DNA of 62,346 nucleotides, counting the filler, from Phoronis australis (taxonomy: Eukaryota > Animalia > Phoronida), in the NCBI GenBank assembly GCA_002633005.1. It is 4 parts of 4 records of this genome, joined end to end, with 100 filler letters (N's around TTAATTAATTAA, not from the genome) between each part and the next. Parts side by side here need not be neighbours in the genome. Positions count along the whole stretch, not along the records: positions 35,258 to 59,685 come from NMRA01000025.1; 3 more parts are not named here. One strand, written 5' to 3'. This document shows positions 36,759 to 48,201 of this stretch, piece after piece (the first letter of the stretch is position 1; the number at the start of each line of letters is the position of its first letter). The notes beneath the pieces were generated by a model. The model ran no database searches, had not been told where the DNA came from, and worked only from the letters and a program-made list of their open reading frames with translations. Both the position numbers and the translations under genes were made by a program.

Positions 36759-37528
36759 GCGTTCTCCATTATCAGTTTTATGACTTGTTGGAGTGATGAG
36801 TTTGAATTTTGTCACGTTCTCCATTATCAGTTTTATGACTTGTTGGAGTGATGAGTTTGAATTTTGTCACGTTCTCCATTATCAGTTTTATGACTTGTTG
36901 GAGTGATGAGTTTGAATTTTGTCACGTTCTCCATTATCAGTTTTATGACTTGTTGGAGTGATGAGTTTGAATTTTGTCGCGTTCTCCATTATCAGTTTTA
37001 TGACTTGTTGGAGTGATGAGTTTGAATTTTGTCACGTTCTCCATTATCAGTTTTATGACTTGTTGGAGTGATGAGTTTGAATTTTGTCACGTTCTCCATT
37101 ATCAGTTTTATGACTTGTTGGAGTGATGAGTTTGAATTTTGTCACGTTCTCCATTATCAGTTTTATGACTTGTTGGAGTGATGAGTTTGAATTTTGTCAC
37201 GTTCTCCATTATCAGTTTTATGACTTGTTGGAGTGATGAGTTTGAATTTTGTCACGTTCTCCATTATCAGTTTTATGACTTGTTGGAGTGATGAGTTTGA
37301 ATTTTGTCACGTTCTCCATTATCAGTTTTATGACTTGTTGGAGTGATGAGTTTGAATTTTGTCACGTTCTCCATTATCAGTTTTATGACTTTTTGGAGTG
37401 ATGAGTTTGAATTTTGTCACGTTCTCCATTATCAGTTTTATGACATGTTGGAGTGATGAGTTTGAATTTTGTCACGTTCTCCATTATCAGTTTTATGACT
37501 TATTAGAGTGATGAGTCTGAATTTTGAC
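36759..37528. repeat. 55-bp minisatellite, about 14 near-identical copies
   Basis: Unit GTTCTCCATTATCAGTTTTATGACTTGTTGGAGTGATGAGTTTGAATTTTGTCAC. Confidence 0.97.
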
Positions 37529-38246
37529 GTGACAAGTGTGACTGACCTACGTTGAGTTTGGAAATTGTAGGAGATGAATATTTTTTCCACGAAATCAACA
37601 TCTTGGACGTTTGACACCATTTCAGTGTACTGTGTCCAAGCATTAACAAACAAACCTTCAATAACGGCCATGGACTTTCTAACATGTTCACTTATTTTGT
37701 TATTCCTGTCACGTTTGAATTTTCCGTTTTCGTTAACACACAATCGCCCAAGACTCATGAGAATCCTCCTGCCCATGTCGTCATGCCATGTGATAAATAG
37801 GAAGTAACCAGTCTGGTTACATAGTGGCTGCCATTGTGTCTGCAAAACAGCAACAGTTTTGGGTACTGGCAAAATACAGAGGCTCTGTATCTGCTTTTTT
37901 GGATACTTCAAACTTGAACCTTCAAGACGTCGTGAGACATTCACCATAATGCCATTATGGCATAATGGCATTACAATACAAGAGAAACACGTGAACGAAA
38001 CAGCACCCTGGCGTAAGTTTGATAACTAGTAAATTTATCTGGAACTGGCACACTGGCTGTAGTGTATGTGAACAGGGTTTAAAACCGAGAGGGTGGTGTT
38101 TGGTAGAACGCATAGTCATCTTCAAGTGAAGGTATCAAGAGACAACGAGTGTATCGACCGCACTCCGCAGTGGCGCAGTGCCTTCTGAGTGAAGTTCTGT
38201 TCAGTCAATTCAACCGGAAAATGGAAGAACGACCACGGATTACTAC

Positions 38247-38397
38247 CAGCTTTTTTCTTCTTTTTCTTTTTCTTTTTCTTTTTAGAATTATCATTCACAT
38301 CTTCTCCGTTATCCTCAGGCTGTTTATCATTAGCTATTTTAGCGTTGACGGTTTCTTCTTTCTCGTCCAAGATGGGCGAAGGACTGGTGGCCTCCAT
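38247..38397 (-). CDS. METAP2: Probable METAP2 first coding exon (acidic stretch plus poly-Lys)
   Basis: Start context aaaATGG at 38397. MEATSPSPILDEKEE...DNSKKKKKKKKKKKA uses mixed AAA/AAG codons, and donor 38247|gtagta is in phase 1, compatible with the exon at 36521. A GC-richer promoter-like region lies upstream. Confidence 0.6.
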
Positions 38398-38499
38398 TTT
38401 GATTTCCAATGCTTGCCGCGGTGTCGCTGATCGTAGACGACATCTACAGGGATTTCTGAAATGTAGCGGTACCTGAGTGATGGAGAGCATTTACTGCAT

Positions 38500-38760
38500 T
38501 TTTCTCACTGGGGCCACTAACTGAGCTCAGCCGCTGAGCTTGGCCCGTCGGCTAAGCGGACAGGCTATAACAGCCGACCTGGACTACCCGGCCCAATTCT
38601 CGTGAGACGTCTTCTTTTTTAAATTTGGGTTCAGATACCACCTCAGTGCACTGACTTTTTCATGCTCATCGCCAGAGAATCAGTAAAAATCAACACTAAA
38701 GAACCCGCGTGCCCGGCCCCGCGGCTCTTGGGCGCTACCGGCCGGAAAATTAAACTCTGC
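38500..38760 (-). promoter_or_regulatory. Putative promoter region of the METAP2-like gene
   Basis: Locally CpG-rich stretch directly upstream of the first exon, containing TCTCGTGAGA (38598-38607), a variant of the TCTCGCGAGA housekeeping motif. Confidence 0.4.
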
Positions 38761-38979
38761 CTGCCTCATTTGTGTCACAAGTATTTATGCTGTTGAGTAT
38801 ATATGTCAGTCTTTCAACGTATAAATAGAACTGTAATAATTTCTTACTCGTTTATTGCAGTGCTTGTATTTGTACACTAGACCCCTCTACGATTGTCGTC
38901 CAGTCGACGTTCCCTAAGACTCTGGCCATAGCATAGAATAAGAAACACAGTTGTTTTTAGATGTGAATATTTTTCTAAT

Positions 38980-39136
38980 AGAGATAGTATCAAGAGATAG
39001 TATCAAGAGATAGTATCAAGAGATAGTATCAAGAGATAGTATCAAGAGATAGTATCAAGAGATAGTATCAAGAGATAGTATCAAGAGATAGTATCAAGAG
39101 ATAGTATCAAGAGATAGTATCAAGAGATAGTATCAA
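38980..39136. repeat. 13-bp perfect tandem repeat, 12 copies
   Basis: Unit GAGATAGTATCAA. Confidence 0.96.
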
Positions 39137-39588
39137 CTTTCTTAGAAAAGTTTTAATTACTGAATAGCCTTTCTGTGATTTCGTTTTTATGTGTGTTTGT
39201 CTGTGTTTTTTGCAACTAGATCGTATTGTGTTGATTTTCTTTTGTAATTTTGATGTCTGTAAGTCATCATCCTATTTATGTTTATTGTTATTATAATTGT
39301 TAATCTGCCTGCATATAAAGTTATCGATCACTTTTTGTTCAATTTCTTAAGATTAAATAAACAGTTATCTAGTATCATTTACTAGTAGTCGCCGCGGCAT
39401 TGGCCAGTCAGGTTGCAATAAACTGTGAGCCTTTTTGCCGAGTCACTGGTGGTTTTGATATTCTTGTTGGTCAGCGGAAATAGAATTCTGTCACACTGAA
39501 CCTGGCAGAAGTACCCTAGAACAAAACTTCCATTACTTCAGGGAATCGAAAATGTCAGCTTGTACTGGCGAGACAGATACAATTATTG

Positions 39589-39752
39589 CAGAGGCGGATC
39601 CAGGATTTTGAGTTGGGGGGGGGGGCAGAGCAGAGTTAGCCAGGATTTTGCCTGTCAGACACTCGCACTTCCGAACTGCCGGATGGCGATCTGCCGAGAC
39701 AATTTTAGGGGGGGGGGCATGGCCCGCTTTCCCCCCTCTAAATCCGCCACTG
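39589..39752. mobile_element. MITE of the CAGTGGCGGAT family
   Basis: TIR CAGAGGCGGAT/ATCCGCCACTG with internal G-runs; flanks TATTG/TATTA. Confidence 0.8.
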
Positions 39753-40465
39753 TATTAGAATTGTTTTGGTAATAACGCCCACGGTTATCACACGAAAGTT
39801 CATTGCATGCAAAAACACTGATTTCACATCAAAACACATACACTTTGGACATAGCTTCAGTAGTGATTCATACATATTTTTACGTTCCGTATACGTCAGA
39901 GGATGTTCTGCCGTATAACACTTTCGATAAGGTCATGGTGCTCACCCGAAAATGAGGCTACAAAAGGCGGGCTTATATTTTAATTGTGAGAGGTTCTGTA
40001 GCCTTCTATTTATTTAATGAGGTAGGATCCGACATCGCCATATTGCTTTAGAGGGGACCACAGTCGTGGGAATAAATGTTTCTGGGTAAAAAGTAAAAAC
40101 ATTGTTTTGTTTTTCGCAAACATTTTTAAGTCTGGTCAGCACGCCACTTGTGGCCACACAACGTGACCAAATGAATAAGTCTGAACAGATTTCTGCCCAG
40201 GTGATGTGGCCGCAGGTGGCGTGCTGACATATTTATGTAGTGTCCACGCCGGTTTAATCATAGACTATAGACGAGTATCTATGGTTTAATAATTACATAC
40301 TTATACAATGCTCGTGTTGTTATTCCATAAAATTTTATTCGTTTCAGAATTTTCTAAAGGCTTTAGAGTATTCTGAAACGAATATTTTTAAAAATTATTT
40401 TAAGCATTCATGAAAACAACGATGAGGGAAAGGACTCCGCCATTTTTGCGGTGACGACAGGTATG

Positions 40466-40713
40466 GGGCGGTTCCAACAAAAAACTGACTTAGTTAAGAC
40501 AAATCTTAAATTTTAGTAAATTTTAAAATAAAAGTTAAACTTGTCTCAAAACCAATTCAAGAAAGAGATTTTAAGTTTGATTAAGTGTTTGGCATAAGTT
40601 TTGTCTTAACTTGACTAACTTACCGAATGTGGAAGTTTCAAAGTTTGGAATTTAAAACAAATCTTAAAAACTTAAGTCAAAAATGAACTTAACTTAGTTT
40701 CTTGGAACAGGTC
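40466..40713. mobile_element. Harbinger-like MITE
   Basis: Imperfect TIR GTTCCAACAAAAAACTGACTTAGTT / AACTTAACTTAGTTTCTTGGAAC with an interior rich in CTTAA/TTAAG motifs. Confidence 0.5.
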
Positions 40714-43712
40714 TATGATCTGTAAAATCGGTAACCATTACTGGGACATGAGTTTAAATTTAAGTCACTCGCGGTACGGGCGGGTAAGACTTCATTGCCG
40801 ATGGCACCCAGAGGAGGTCTAAATGACGTTGCATTGGTGAGCCAGGTATTAGTTGTATCAGTATAGAACATGCCCTGTGGAACTTTCTAGACTATTCTGG
40901 GTCCACTGTTTCAGGACAACCCAGAAGACATCACGCACACTTCTAGTTTATGCGCACTTTGTCTGGAATGCTTAGCTTCTTTGGGACTCCTTTGTTATTG
41001 AAAATATAACGTTTCATTGTTGGCATCTGGCGTCTACGGATTCAGCCACACAACATTTTTGGTGATAGACCGTGGTGTGCCCCAAACACAAATCAAGACC
41101 TATAAAACCGTCACTTTGGACTTTCGCGTATATGTTTTTCGCCCACGTCACGACACAAAAAATACTGTTTGCTACCGTCGTACGTTTCACACAAACTTTA
41201 CCCCCAGAATCTATAACAAACATTTTTAAATCAACTAGCCTGTGCAAGTTCTAGCCGTAACTTTTCATGGTGTGTTCTGGGTAAATATAAAATAGTCTAA
41301 TCATGTTTAGTGCAAACATAACCGCTTCCAAAGTGCAACGTTTCGTTAGTTTTTATCTGTTTAATTGAAAGTCCAGTCGTCGATAAAGTCTCAGATTATT
41401 TCCTCGGAATTCATGTTTGAACTTCCACTAAAGGAGTCATGACCCCCTCGGAGTGCCGGCATGATTGTATACATTTAGTTCAATGGACTTGGTAGCCTTC
41501 GACACATGTTTGCCTGTAATCGCAAATTAAATCCCGTGACATCACGGTGAATCTTTATATTAGCTGCTTACAGATAACACCAGAGGATGGGTAACTGTCA
41601 TGTGATTACTTAAATATTGTGACAATTTCAGAATTTTCAGCTATGGTTTAATGTTTCACAAATTTGCACTGGGCGTGCATCAGTGACCGAAGTCAAAACG
41701 TGTGACGTGTCCGTAATATACGTCTCTTGCGTCCCTGACCCTGCGATGAAGGCGGAGTTGGGCGGGCAAGCCCCCCACCACCCGCAATTGACACGATCAA
41801 AGAAAAATCCGTGCCGTTTTCAGGGCTTGTGGCGTAGCCATTTTATTTTGAACTGTGGTTGGCCCCCTTACGACATCCTGCGTCCGCCAATGTGTAAATA
41901 CATATACATTAACGTGCACAGAACACCAAATATTTCGCATGTATAGGCTTATGATCTATTTGCAGTATAATTACATGATAATTTGTCTCTTACGGCACTA
42001 ACTGTGGGTTATATCTTCTTGTTATCTCACATGACCAAGTGATAAGTTTAAAAACACTCCGACGATAAATTATTTTCCTTTATTAACAAGCAATCTCTGG
42101 CTGCTAAAATGTTTTGTTGAGTTGGACACAGCATCTGTATAGTGTGTCATATAAACGTAAACAGTTGACAACGGACAACGCAAAAACAGTCGCACTGTGT
42201 TAGTTATTTGGGCTCAACTTGCCTGAATTTGTTTATCCACGGCGCGGGGGATTGGCAATAGTCGGTTAACGCATTTTCACTTCAGTTACTGTCTGGCTCG
42301 CTCACTCTATGTGTCCCTTTAACAATGGCATTTCGTCCACACTACGAAGTAAATAACACACATTTGATAATTCAGGAGCTAAAGGTAACAGTCTCTAGCT
42401 CGAACTAATTTGTTAATTCGTAGTTTAACTCCGTGTCGTAATTTTGAGATGTTTATTTATGCCAGGGTGACTAAATCATATATTACAAGTTTGCCAGATT
42501 GTAGTAGGACCTTCCACGGTGTTTTATTACCCGTGAGCATTTCGTTCAATGTGACTTGTAGGTGGCCGTTTAGTAAAGATCGTATGTGTAGTAGAGGCTA
42601 AGACGATCGAAGTAACTTTACCGTACCCGCCGCAGCGCTGCGCTTTTTCAGAAGAGTGAAACATTACAACTGACGTAGAGTTCGTTCATCATCTGAGTGG
42701 AAACTAGACGAAGTTACGACCATCACAGCCTACACCGTGTACGGCGCTTCGTCTCGGTGAAACGTAACCCAGGACTGATCTGAAAGATTTCTGTTGTCAA
42801 GTCCATGCCAGTCTGATTTTACATTACCCCAAACCCGTGTTTACGATAATTTCTTTGACCAAGTTATGTTTAAACATAGAGTTTTGCCTGTTCCCAATTG
42901 GAACACGGATGAGTTTTTTCCATTCTAAGTTAGCCACATTTTTAGTCTGCATACTTGTGAGTATTGTTAGATTTACTGCTGAAAATTTGAAGCCGTGTAG
43001 GGGGTACCTGCGTCGTGCAACAGTAGAACTTGTTGGTCAACCCTCTATTTTGCATATTTAACATCTGAATATATCGACGAAACATTCTCTCATGTTGTAA
43101 ACTTGACGGTAAACAAAAGGTGTCATTGGGTGTTGTCATCTTTATCTTTGAAAAATAAATATGGTCGTCAAATAATGATATCTTTTCACTCTATAAATCA
43201 TATCGCTCTAAGATTCCAACGGAATATTTCATTCGTTCAAAGTGATCATGATTTTGTGAAATTGTTACACAATCTGTGAAACTTTCGTGCACTGGCATGA
43301 TATTACGTAAACTGACCTTTGGCTGTGGTATCATGGCGTTCAATTTACACAAGGCGATAGTAAGTATCCCCAAAGTGCCTCGGACCTGCTAAGACATGTG
43401 TTACATTATAAGTGTGCTCATCAGCCAGACGACTTTTTCTTGTCTAAACAAAAGATGACACATTTTGTCAGATATGGGACAGTTCTCGAAAAGGCCACGT
43501 TGACGCAATCATCAAACTTGATTTCCGTGTTTCAGAAGCGCTGACGGGCAGAAACGAACAAAAGATGGAGTTACAATGCAAAAATTGAGAACAAAATTAC
43601 AATACAGGAGCAAAAAGAGAGAGCCAGATAAAACCATTCATCTGCCAGTCACTGCGCGGTATGCGCGAGTGCACTGAAAGTGTCGCCACTATTGTATGAT
43701 CATGGACGATTG

Positions 43713-43946
43713 CAGTGGCAGATCTACGTTTTCAATACGGGGGTGGGGGGTTAGGATTCGAGCAAATCCGAGGCGCGTAGCGTAGAGCGGAAGGAAGGTC
43801 GGGAAGGTGTTCCCCCCCGAGTAAGATTTTTTGTGGTATTTAGTAGCTGATTTCGTTTTTTTGACGAATTTTTTTCATTTTTTATTTTTGATCCTTTCCC
43901 GAGGGGAGGGTTTGAACCCCCTGAACCCCCTCTAGATCCGCCTCTG
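43713..43946. mobile_element. MITE with CAGTGGC..ATCTA TIR and 5-bp TSD GATTG
   Basis: CAGTGGCAGATCTA ... TAGATCCGCCTCTG, with GATTG at 43708-43712 and 43947-43951. Confidence 0.82.
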
Positions 43947-45126
43947 GATTGTTTCCGTTTTCTAACGAAAACTTTCCTGTATGTAAGTGCTACTTGCAGG
44001 AACTCGATGCTGGAATAATGAAGTCAAAACAACGCAGCTAAATCCAAACCGTCTAGTGGCCAATGTCCATTAATGAGAATTTAGTCGGACCTGGAGGCTG
44101 GAATTGAAACACCAGACTAAACTACCAACAGAAACCCATAAGCTTAAAAACATACCACAACAGAAAAAACACACGAAGCGCTAAACGTTGATCTTGTTGA
44201 CCGGATCGTTGTTCATGTAAAGTATTTTTATACTCTACGCACTATTAACGGCTCATTTCCACAGTTGTCGCTATTCAATACCCAAACTAAACACCAAATT
44301 ACTCAATCACACAACATTCGTATCTAAACTCTTCAATCCAGCAAACGAAAAATAATCACGTTGGACAGGCTTGAACAAAATTTTCAAATTTAGATTGTTC
44401 ATGTTAACCACTGTACCCTTCAATGTTAGATACCATCTGCTATCATTACAAAGAAATTTCTTGGAGAAGTCACTTAATCGGCGTATTTCGTGATTTTCAT
44501 GTTTTGGAAGGAAATCGTAGTATTATAATCAGAGCGAGCAGCAGGCTACATGTATTATTTTTATCATGATGTGTCGGATGTTTCTTTGCATCTTATGTTG
44601 TTATTTAGATTGCCTCAAAGGCTCGTACCATATCCTACGTGTTGCTTCACGGTCATCGACTTCGTTATAAACAGCAGGACTTGCGTCTCAACTGTGACAA
44701 TAATAATGGCGCACGTGTGTTTACATTCTCTGCGCGCGTGTACTACGTCCATACGCTCTGCAAATGGATGACGAAAAACAACATTTTCGACGAATTGATT
44801 TAACCTATCGTGCCAACCAGTAATTCCTAGAAAATGAACAATTGAACATTGACACGAGCGTTCATCAAATTATCAAAACTGCGTGGTTTAAAACGATAAC
44901 AGTCTCCGGTGTACAAAACAAAAGTAACAAACGTCTTTACGGTACAGAATTACTGAAATCGTTCTGTAAAATCATCTTGACGCGCATTTCCATTCAAACT
45001 TCTTTTCATCACTACGCAGCTTACAAATTGGTTCAAGCATGTTTTACACCTTTCACTAGTGTGGCGGCTTTGTCATGTTGACACGCGATCAAGTGAGTTT
45101 AAGTGGACCACTCGTACTAGTTGTTG

Positions 45127-45583
45127 CGGGTAATAATGTCGGCAGATCTGACGTGCGTAAACTTGCAATCCAGCTTAATATTGAGATCGCGCATGCGCGA
45201 ACTTGGAATACGCGAGGTAACTTCAAAAGGACACTCAAATAATCACGTTCATGTTCACAAAAATTTGCACTGCACTAAATCAAATTACATTTGAATAAAG
45301 TAATGTCAATTTTAAGTAAAGTTTTCAACTATTGGCGATCTATTTCACCAAACAATAATTGATTTAGCCATTCAAAAATTCCTCCGGTTCTGCGACACAA
45401 GTTACGGTAAAGGAGAAAATGGGTGATTGTGAGGCCAATAATTACAAAATAAAATTTCACTGAACAAAAAATTTCACCTGATTGCATTAATGAATAATCG
45501 AAGTTCACGCGTGCACGATCTTGAGATTAAGCAGGATTCCAAGTTCACGCACAGCAGATCATCCACTACGTGACTACTACCCG
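45127..45583. mobile_element. Long-TIR fold-back MITE
   Basis: 45145-45205 (GATCTGACGTGCGTAAACTTGCAATCCAGCTTAAT...) is an imperfect reverse complement of 45501-45560, with outer CGGGTAATA/TACTACCCG. Confidence 0.65.
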
Positions 45584-47121
45584 TGAAGGCATTAACCAAA
45601 ACACCACCATAACACGAGCTTTGATGCACAAATATCTTGAGAATAATGATATCCCCATGAACAAATGTTACGTCAGGAACGACAGAGTCTGTACTAACTA
45701 GTCACATCTTGGCGAGACTTCGTCTGAACATTTAGTCGTCAATAAAGACCGGCTGCAGTAACGTGTCGACTTCCATATTTTGTAAACATAGGTCGTGGGA
45801 ACTCGACTTGGGCACTAAATATCACGGAAGTTAACGAATATATCGGGCAACAGGCCAACCTTGAACGTACTTCCAAACCAGACTTGTGCTATTAACCGTG
45901 TTTTCCATTCTGAATGCCACGCAACTATAACAGATGGGTGCCGAGTGCTTGATTCCGGGGGGCACTCCTGTTCCAGTAACTGGACATGTGGTCACTGAGC
46001 AGAGGAACGCTGAGTGAAAATCCCAAAGCTTGGACTCCTTGTGGGCACATAAGGTAGCTGTATAGCGTACAAGGCTGGGCTCCAGCAAATACGACAAGAT
46101 CAGAATTTTCAGGAAAACTCAACAGTGGGGTTATGGAATTCCACAGAAGTCATGAATTTCATTGGCAAAACATTCTACGACAGAACCTCGAACTAACAGA
46201 GTATCTCCAAACCGGCGTCAGCGTCATAACTGAACAAAGTACCCCCGGTAGTGATTTCCGAACGACGTGAGTTATCAATCCAGCTACCGTGCCACAATAA
46301 ACAAATGTATTGGCATTGAACGTACAAGTCAACGGCAGTTCAAGCGGTGTAACAAATGCCCAAAGGCATCAACAAAACAAATGGCACAGGAATATTCTAG
46401 CAAAACTAAACTTTTTACACCAGCACAAACTAAATAGTAACAACGTGCTTCGAGATAATCTACTCCTAAACATAAACTAACAGATTTCAATTGAAAACGT
46501 AGACTTTTTCAAATTAGTCAACAACAGTTATGCTACTTTTAAAGTTTTGCAAAAAATAAAGTCATCTTTATAAACAAGGAATGGTGAGGGCCAGACGATA
46601 AACTCAGGTTCAGATTACTTTGTCCCCCCATCCCTGGATGGTTCCATCGCCGTTTATAAGTTTTCGATCACCGGTCTTAGTAACTTCAGTCGCCACGCTT
46701 TAAAATGCAAAGACACGAGTTAGCATTTAACAAAAAATAGTTTCGCGCTTTGAGATAGAATTACCAAACACCTTGACATTGCTGAACATTACGTGTAGCA
46801 CTCAAACATTATTGGCACCAAATGGGCCAGCGACTCTTCTTTTGCTGACGAATGTTATTGGTCAACAATGTCGTCTGCTGGTCTCCATCCCTGGTGCGCT
46901 CGTACAAAAGACCCTTTCCTGGGAATTTGCACAGTTGAACAAACGGTGCTTTTTACGACAATCACTCAGTGAACGAACACGTTTCTTGTATTCGGGGTGC
47001 ACTAAGTAACCGTATACAATGTTCGTTGAGAGCTTGAGACTTTTTCGCATTCCAACGCAACCCCTCATTCAACGTATTCTAAGGTTTAACTGGATATTGG
47101 CGTCACTATGCAAAAGTTTCA

Positions 47122-48201
47122 TCATGACGTCATAAGTGCAGCAGAACGTTTTCTGTGCACTTTCATGTGTTTTGACAAATGATCCGAGCGGGAGAACCTT
47201 TTTTCGCACAACGTGCATTGATAGGGCTTAATTCCAGAGTGGGAACGTTTATGTCGCGCGAGCTCGTCGGATCTGGAAAACTTCCAACCGCAGCCCAGCC
47301 AGGTACAAACAAACGGTTTCTCACCCGTGTGCCGTCTTAAATGGGCCTTGAGGTGAGAACTTTTACTGTAGATTTTAGAACAGCCCGGATATGTACACGG
47401 GTGAATCTTGTCATCGGCCGGTTTGTCAGTCTTGTTGGAACAACTTCTGTTAACCGTCTGTTGACGTCCCCCCGTAATCCGGCTCCGGGGTGGTAAGACC
47501 GTTAGATTGCGCACCTCCAGAGCACCTCTACTGGCAGGCAAATTGAGAAAAGTGGATCTCCTAGAGGGATCCAGAGAGCCACTGTTACAAGATTCACCAC
47601 TGTGACCCTTGGTGTAAACAAAACGATTTCTTTGGCTATCCGAAGAAATTCCGTAAAACTCTGCATTTCGCTGCTGCTGTTTCAGTTGACGAGGTAAGCA
47701 ATTATTTAGTGGACGATGGTAGTGAATATTGGACACTTTGCCGTGAAGTGACTGCGAATGACTGAGGTTCTGAAGACCAACTCCCAGTACAATCATGTCT
47801 GATGACGTAGCGTGCGGCGTAAATACCTCGTCAGGAATTTGATGGACATCAACTAAGTCGACCGTGGAAGATTGCGACAGAAGGATATTGTTTGTATTGT
47901 CTGCCTTAAAAACATTCGCGCAGTAGGAATCACAAAAGGCGTTCACTTGCGGGCTACTCGTTTGAACAATCTCACAGCTAACTGGGTTAGGCTTCCCTAT
48001 GGAGTCCGCCAATCCTTGTGAGAACAAATATTCAAGGTATAATTCGTCGTCTAAACTGTCCGTACTCCAACAGCTCCCGGGACTGGGGCTGCGCGTGTCT
48101 TCGCCTGAGAAATCGCTTTCTTCCCCTGAAGAGTTAAGTCTCTGCAATGTCCACTGTTCTCGTTCTAAACTTGAGCTGAGGGGCAAGAAGTCTGTATCCA
48201 T
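47122..48201 (-). CDS. KLF15: Kruppel-like factor 15 orthologue, 359 aa, three C-terminal C2H2 zinc fingers
   Basis: Uninterrupted ORF. Fingers [79 protein letters not shown] carry KLF15-type residues (LRRH, RSHSG.KPY, SKH.KVH). N-terminal LEYLFSQ resembles KLF15 LDFLLSQ. Confidence 0.95.
   Translation of the reverse strand: MDTDFLPLSSSLEREQWTLQRLNSSGEESDFSGEDTRSPSPGSCWSTDSLDDELYLEYLFSQGLADSIGKPNPVSCEIVQTSSPQVNAFCDSYCANVFKADNTNNILLSQSSTVDLVDVHQIPDEVFTPHATSSDMIVLGVGLQNLSHSQSLHGKVSNIHYHRPLNNCLPRQLKQQQRNAEFYGISSDSQRNRFVYTKGHSGESCNSGSLDPSRRSTFLNLPASRGALEVRNLTVLPPRSRITGGRQQTVNRSCSNKTDKPADDKIHPCTYPGCSKIYSKSSHLKAHLRRHTGEKPFVCTWLGCGWKFSRSDELARHKRSHSGIKPYQCTLCEKRFSRSDHLSKHMKVHRKRSAALMTS

Noticed and set aside
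36759-37528. Box C-like GTGATGA in every 55-bp unit, suggesting a snoRNA array
   Set aside because: No CTGA D box on the same strand in the unit, no terminal stem, and the motif is antisense to the host gene.
34477-38397. Apparent in-frame METAP2-Rubicon fusion: METAP2-like exon 2 ends in phase 1 and the Rubicon exon at 34592 starts in phase 1 on the same strand
   Set aside because: The link crosses an artificial contig spacer (35158-35257) and both genes are otherwise incomplete. A phase match has about a one-in-three chance.
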